From NCBI GenBank assembly GCA_951406725.2, contig OX597817.1, positions 165,726,001 to 165,790,000 on the forward strand: a stretch of DNA of 64,000 nucleotides, given 5' to 3'. The notes under the pieces were generated by a model, which saw only the letters and a program-made list of their open reading frames with translations, had not been told where the DNA came from and did not search any database. The stretch is from Octopus vulgaris. Taxonomy: Eukaryota. Shown here one piece after another: positions 57,250 through 64,000 of the stretch (positions within the stretch are counted from its first letter, which is position 1; each line of letters opens with the position of its first letter). Made by a program: the position numbers and the translations under genes.

Positions 57250-57873
57250 GCCACCAATACACTTTTCTGCAAAATAGGGCTAGTTTACCCTGTTTAGGCT
57301 ATATTATTAGCATTATCCTGCGTTTGAGAATTTAAAATCACTTCTTTAACTTTCTGCGACATCTCAACGCTTCTAAACCAAACTTCGTTTGTTTACGTTC
57401 ATCGTAATTTGAATTTTATATATATATATATATATATACACATACAATATATGCACATATATCATTTAAAATATTTCTCTACCTCTTTCTACAAGGGCTG
57501 GCAGAATCACTAGCACGCCGGGCGAAATGATTACCGGAATTTCGCCCGTCGCTACGCTCTGAGTTCAAATTCCGGAGATATCGAATTTGCTTTTCATCCT
57601 TTCCGGATCGATGAATTAAGTACCTGTAAAACACTGGGTTCGATGTAATCGACTAGACCTCTCCCCTCTCAAATGTCAGGTCTTGTGCCTAGAGCAAACG
57701 GGATTATTAGTATTAAGGCCGGAGAAAATGCTTATCTGTATTTCATCCGTCTTGACCTTGCTTTTCTTCATTTCGGGATCGATAAAATAAGTACCAGCTG
57801 AGCACATGAGTCGATGTAATCGATTTACACTTGCATTCGAAATTACTAGCCCTGTACCATAATTTGAAATCAA

Positions 57874-57924
<51 letters not shown>

Positions 57925-58247
57925 TGTTACTGTTATTGTTGTTGTTGTTGTTATTTCCTATCATGTTCCTCGTATCATATTATTTTGTTGCATTTCATCC
58001 TTTTTTGTAACCATTTTTGTTGATAGTTTTTCTTTTTACTGCAAGTTGGCTGATTCGTTAGACCGCCGGGAAGGAAACCTGATTTGTTCCGGATCCTGAG
58101 GTCTTTAAATCCACTGAAGTTCGTTTTTTCATCGTAAAATAAGCAATAGTTAATTCAAGGAACTGTTAGAGCAATAGGCAAGAAGCCTTTCTGTATTTTT
58201 TTAAGCCGTGTGATATTATCCGAGTTCGAATATGCATACATGCATAC

Positions 58248-58313
<66 letters not shown>

Positions 58314-58468
58314 ACCCACCCACACAAACACACACACAGATATGAGAGAAGTAAATAGACACCACATAAACTATCGTTTTATGTTTGTTCTAACTTGTAA
58401 AGGTTGCTATTTTATGTTAATTGACATTTTTATGCTTTGGGTTCTATATGTGTCTGTTTAATGATGCT

Positions 58469-59313
58469 ATGTATAAAGGAAGCCTTAGAAATGTCTGAAT
58501 TTCAAAGAGGCCGTATTGTGGGTCATTCTCCAGGTGGACATAATATAAAATCGAAGAAAACCTTGGGATCCCGCTTTCTACGGTTAATAGAGTGATAGTG
58601 CAATTCACCAGGGAGGGGAAGGAGTTCACGTCACCTCGCCCAGATCAACAAGGGCCTTCTGATATAGCAGAACAAACTGATGTCAGTCTTAGACTAGCTG
58701 TCAGGTATCTCCATAAACTTAGTTACTATGGCAAAGTAGCAAGAAGGAAGCTACGTCTTCGAACAGCCATCACCAGGCGGAGAAAGATTAAGACAGTAAG
58801 ATGGTGGAGAGGCCACTATTATTTTGGGACACTGTCATACTCTCTGATGACTCAAGATATGCTGCCTTTTCTGACAGCGGTCGGCTGTGGTTCTGGAGAC
58901 TCTGTGATCAAGAATCTTGTGTGAAAAGATTGCAGCCAACAATGAAACACGGCAGCTAATCTGTGATGCTCTGGGGAGCAATTTGGAGCAATGGTTGATC
59001 AGAGCTGGTGGAGTGTGAGGGAAACATAATCTCAGATAAATGTGTCCATATTACAATTACAGTAAGGATTCCTTCAAATCTTCTCCAATGGTGAAATGGT
59101 TACAGAATGTTCTTTATTTATGGAAGATGGGGCATCTTGTCAAACGGCTAAAATGACCCAAGACTTGTTAGATGAGGATGGCATTAAAATGATTCCATGG
59201 TCAAACCAGTCGTCAGATATGAACCCTATTGAACATCTTTGTGACATAATAGACAGGACACTTCATAAAAAGAACAAGAAAGCATCTTCAAAGCCAGATC
59301 TTTTGAGATTACT
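58469..59313 (+). mobile_element. Tc1-family transposase pseudogene
   Basis: Frameshifted motifs MSEFQRGRIVG, LGIPLSTVNRVI, WDTVILSDDSRY, QPTMKHG..SVMLWGAI, FMEDGASC and WSNQSSDMNPIEHL match Tc1 DD34E consensus blocks. The 3' end is replaced by a SINE A half. Confidence 0.88.
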
Positions 59314-59316
59314 GCT

Positions 59317-59540
59317 TGTGTTTGTGTGTCTGTGTTTGTCCCCCTAGCATTGCTTGACAACCGATGCTGGTGTGTTTACGTCCCCGTCACTTAGCGGTTC
59401 GGCAAAAGAGACCGATAGAATAAGTACTGGGCTTACAAAGAATAAGTCCCGGGGTCGATTTGCTCGGCTAAAGGCGGTGCTCCAGCATGGCCGCAGTCAA
59501 ATGACTGAAACAAGTAAAAGAGTAAAGAGTAAAAGAGTAA
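59317..59540 (+). mobile_element. SINE family A, 3' half
   Basis: tgtccccctagcattgcttgacaaccgatgc...gactgaaacaagtaaaagagtaaagagt. Confidence 0.88.
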
Positions 59541-60735
59541 TATATATAAATACATATATACACATATATACTATAGCAAAGCAAGATTAATTAACTTAGA
59601 TTTGAACTCCCCACTGTTAGGTTAGTAATCGAGCACCTTTGTCTATAACGATGACTAAGGACCATTTGTGACTCACAAATGTAATAGTCACTATTGTTTT
59701 TGACATTTCAATGACTCCTGTTTATTTTTATCTAACCAATGAAAAGCCTTGTCTGCTATCTTATGTAGCCCTTCAAGACCGTGTTTCTCGCATTTCTATT
59801 ATTTGTACACAAACATTGGGGAGACCGGCTCAAGCTCAAGCAATCCTTATGAAACAGTCCAGCCCAGCTCAGGCCAGTCCAGGCCAGCTAAGCCCAGCCA
59901 AGCCCTTATCGATCAACGTCATTCCAAACCCAACCAGCTCTTCTGGTTATATCCAGATATAACCGCTCATTATTTAAAATGGAAGTATTGATGGAGATCT
60001 GATTGCATTTTCCCTACATGATGCTTGAACGCTCTGAGGCTTCACTTGCTAGCTAGAATAGATACTAGTTATTGGTATTATTATTGGTATTGTTGTTGTT
60101 GTTGTCGTTGTTGTCATTGTTAGCGTTCTGTTCTCGTTACTGTGTAGTCCCAGGTCATCGTTGATCGGACAAACTTATGAAGAAAATACTTCCGACCGTA
60201 ATTTTTGTTCAAGTCTTCCTCGGTAGCTACAACAAATTTTATGTATGATATGGCTCATTGAGTTAACTGCATCGTAGAAGTCAGCGACTGTATTTTATGC
60301 TAGAAATTATTTTACAATGTTTATTCGAAGTAGTTCGATAACAACGAAGCGAAAGAGTAAGACAAACGTACTCAGAGGACACGTATTGCAGAGTAACTAG
60401 AGAATTTAAGAAAGCGCTTTGCGTTGGTATAGATACTCTCCTATTCTTTCTCAGTTCAAATCTGTCCAAGTTAAATTTGATTTTCATCCTTTCAAAGATC
60501 ATAAAATAAATCTCCATTCACAACTGGAATTGGTTTTACTCTTTCCCCACAAATCAAATTTTGCAAACATGCTCAATAAAGCTCCAGCTTGAGCCTTAAT
60601 CGTAATAGCTAAATCAAACTGAATATAATTTATTAATCCATAAATATGCAAATATACTAATTTCTAACTTTGATACAAAACCGCAAATATCCCAGGGCGA
60701 GGTGGGATCGGATTAAGTAACCCACCAACCCGCTA

Positions 60736-60773
<38 letters not shown>

Positions 60774-60890
60774 TACACACACACTGCTTCATCGATCCCA
60801 AAATGTTAAAAGAAAAAGAAAAATCGACTTCGGAGGAATTCTGACGACAAATATTTGTAGATTTGTGCCATTATAACAGAGCATTTTATA

Positions 60891-61279
60891 TCTCTCTCTA
60901 TATAAACGGCAGTTTGTCTGTGCGTGTTTCTGTGTGTCTGTTTGCTTGTACCCTCACCCTGACCACGGCTTTCAACCGATTCTGATGAAACCTGACACAC
61001 ACATAGCCCAATGTCATAATTCAAAACTAACGCAGCGAAAATTTTGAAAAGTTCCCCCAGTTCTGAAAAAAAATCGATAAAATTCGACATGGGATCGAGA
61101 ATCAGAAACACAAACCACAGACCGTCTAGGGGACGCAGCTCCACCTTTTTTAACTCTCAAAAAAAATTTACCATCATTTTTTTTTCCATTTTTTTGCTAT
61201 TTTTTTGGCTATAACTCTCTAAAAATGCTTTATAGTTATTTCCCTTACAAACCTGAGCAACGCCGGGCGATACTGCTAG
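60891..61279 (+). mobile_element. Non-autonomous Helitron
   Basis: A|TC start, subterminal hairpin and CTAG|T end. Inverted twin of 52053-52435. Confidence 0.87.
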
Positions 61280-62114
61280 TTCTTTTATATAATACATCTG
61301 CTGGCATTTTTTTTTCTTCTTTCACATAACAATATATCAACTGGCACATATCTTAACTAGCGAGATATTTGGTGAGATGTATGTCGCAATTGTTCTACTG
61401 ATAGGTGCACCATAGGCAGTCAGGTGCACTAACAGATCGGATGGCAGGGAAATCTATGCCATCTCACCCTACATAAACTACACAGATACTACACTACCAC
61501 AACCAAACCACTACAACCATCACCCAGCGCCACCAAATTCTATTACATTCATTCTGCTGGGTTGTGTTTGTCTAGGCAAACTGACAAAGCGAACGTCTTA
61601 CAATATAATCTGAGCTTAGGTACCACCTAACAATGTTGTTCTAATGTGTGTACTTATGCGTTTGTCGGTGTGTGTGTTTATATCTATACGTGTGTATATA
61701 TATGCTTCTGCGCATGTGTGTGTATATATAAGCCACTGTACGTGTGTGTCTATGTGATATTAAATGGATTAAAGTGCACCCAGCTCACTGATACGTTAAA
61801 ACGTCCCCCTATACATCATCAACATTGGCACAAGGCCACGTATTTTAGAGAAGACTGCTATTCGGCGCTCTACTGACTTCACAGACTCTACACCATTAAT
61901 GATGATGATGATGATGATGATTAATGAAGGGGACACTATGAACACAAAAGATGTTACAAAATATGGCACTTTACACAGAAATCAGATAAGTGAAAAAAAA
62001 AACGAAGATATATAGAGTAAATATATAAAAGGTTATATAATAATAATAATGATAATCCCTTCTACTATAGGCACAAGGCCTGAAATTTTTTGTGAGAGGT
62101 GGGGGGGGGGGCAT

Positions 62115-62361
62115 CTGTTGTCAAGCGATGCTGGAGAGACAAACAAAGACACACAAACACACACATACACACATACATATACATATATACGACGGGCTTC
62201 TTTCAGTTTCCGTCTACCAAATCCACTCACAAGGCTTTGGTCGGCCAGAGGCTATAGTAGAAGGAAACACTTGCCCAATGTGCCACACAGTGGGACTGAA
62301 CTCGGAACCATGTGGTTATGTGGTTAGTAAGCAAGCTACTTACCACAGCCACTCCTTCGCC

Positions 62362-62362
<1 letters not shown>
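62115..62362 (-). mobile_element. SINE family A (head and core)
   Basis: gttgtcaagcgatgctgg...cgacgggcttctttcagtttccgtctacc...cagccactccttcgcct. Confidence 0.83.
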
Positions 62363-62392
<30 letters not shown>

Positions 62393-62651
62393 ATATAGTA
62401 AATGGAAAACAGAAGATGGAATATACGAGAATATATTATTAATCAAGACAACTGTTTCAACACATCTAGCATCGATTCTACTTGAGTTGGACACTCAACA
62501 ACTGGTTCAGGAGCATCCGGTGGTGTAGATGTATCATGTCGGGCGATAAATAAATACAATTGTATGTCATGTAATGGTAAGTAGCAATGCACGGCATCAG
62601 AATTTTCAACACTTGTCAAATATGGTTTGATTTCAGTATTACAACGATGTA

Positions 62652-62691
<40 letters not shown>

Positions 62692-62810
62692 AACAACTAA
62701 TGTAGAGATTGCAAGAAGTAACACAAATCTTTAGAGAAAAAAAGTGAGTGGAATTTGAACCGCTGAGTGTCTTAATAAAGCATTAAAACAGAATGACTTT
62801 CTCCAGGCAC

Positions 62811-62856
<46 letters not shown>

Positions 62857-63167
62857 TATCTATACATACATACATACATACATACATACATACATACATC
62901 ATTTTCCTTTTATTCTTTCACTTCTTCCAGTCATTTGACTGCGACCATGTTGGAGCACCGCCTTCAGTCGAACAAATCGAACCTACGACTTATTCTTTGT
63001 CTTGCTGAACTGCTAATTTACGGGGACGTAAACACACCAGTTTCTGTCTACTATAGCCTCTGGTCGACCCGAGGCTACAGTAGAAGAACCCGGAACTGTG
63101 TGGTTGGGAAGCAAGTTTCTTGACACAGGGCCATTCCTATATATATATATATCATTATATCATTATA

Positions 63168-63226
<59 letters not shown>

Positions 63227-64000
63227 GTATAATATATTCATATATACACACACATGTATGTTTGTATGTATGTATGTATGTATATATATATATATATATA
63301 TATATACACAAACATATGTATGTATATATGTCCATAATTACACAAAACATACGCACATATACGCATTGATATAAATTCACGCATGCGTACTTAAAACGAT
63401 ACAAATCATAGTAACAGTGAAGTTAGCTCCTAACCAAAGACTGTAGAACGTGGAGAACAAAGAACGTTTTTATCACTGTCAGAGATGACAGATTGCTTGT
63501 GTAAAGTACAACTTAGGGATCTGAAGTGGTAGAACAGGCGTGAAAGCCTCACAACACGATGGCCAGCCGTCCGACATGAAGGACTTCAATGTCCACGTAA
63601 ACGACGAAAGAAATAATGGAAGATAAATATAAAAATAAAGATACATACACACAAAGAGGCGTATGTATGCATATATGTATATAAATATACGTATTTGTGT
63701 ACAAGTACATAAATACACAAATACAATCACCACGGAACGGAAAACAATGGTTTTAGTATTAAGGAGTTAAAATGGATTAGGTGTAACGACTTAAAGTCCA
63801 TCACTTACTAACAAGTTCACATCCTCTATCACTGCACAAATATTGCGGCGGCCATTTTAGAAACCTGAATTATGGTCTCTTTAAGACTACCACTAATGTT
63901 ATTATAATGAATGTGCGTATATGCGTGCGTTTTATGCCCGAAGACATACGTATAAAACAATTTATATCCTTATATATTATATGCATATTTATACATACAT

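Noticed and set aside
62443-62724. 93-aa minus-strand ORF as the missing GATA N-terminal exon
   Set aside because: It has no GATA N-terminal features, ends in a stop rather than a donor, spans a TA tract, and is more likely a decayed repeat.

Overview
AT-rich, microsatellite-saturated animal genomic DNA. The repeat families and composition point to a cephalopod, most likely Octopus; this is an inference and was not searched. The only host coding sequence I can support is three minus-strand exons of a GATA4/5/6 (pannier-like) transcription factor: N-finger 13057-13226, C-finger 10476-10601 and basic/NLS tail 9177-9285. All have GT-AG boundaries and join in frame. No N-terminal or C-terminal exon was recognised, so most of the window is probably intron. 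The rest is tRNA-headed SINEs of at least five families, non-autonomous Helitrons, CR1-type LINE ends, a Tc1 remnant, hAT-like MITEs, Penelope-like hairpins, a 156-bp tandem array and long simple repeats. Nearly all ORFs in the supplied track are microsatellite artefacts. The most striking observation is a ~158-bp inverted copy of the GATA basic-region exon and its 5' splice site (11076-11233, ~89% identical by hand alignment) inside an upstream intron of the same gene. The pre-mRNA could fold it into a long exon:intron duplex, making it a candidate ADAR editing-complementary or splicing-control element. An inverted SINE pair also brackets the three exons, which sum to a stop-free 405-nt frame if circularised.
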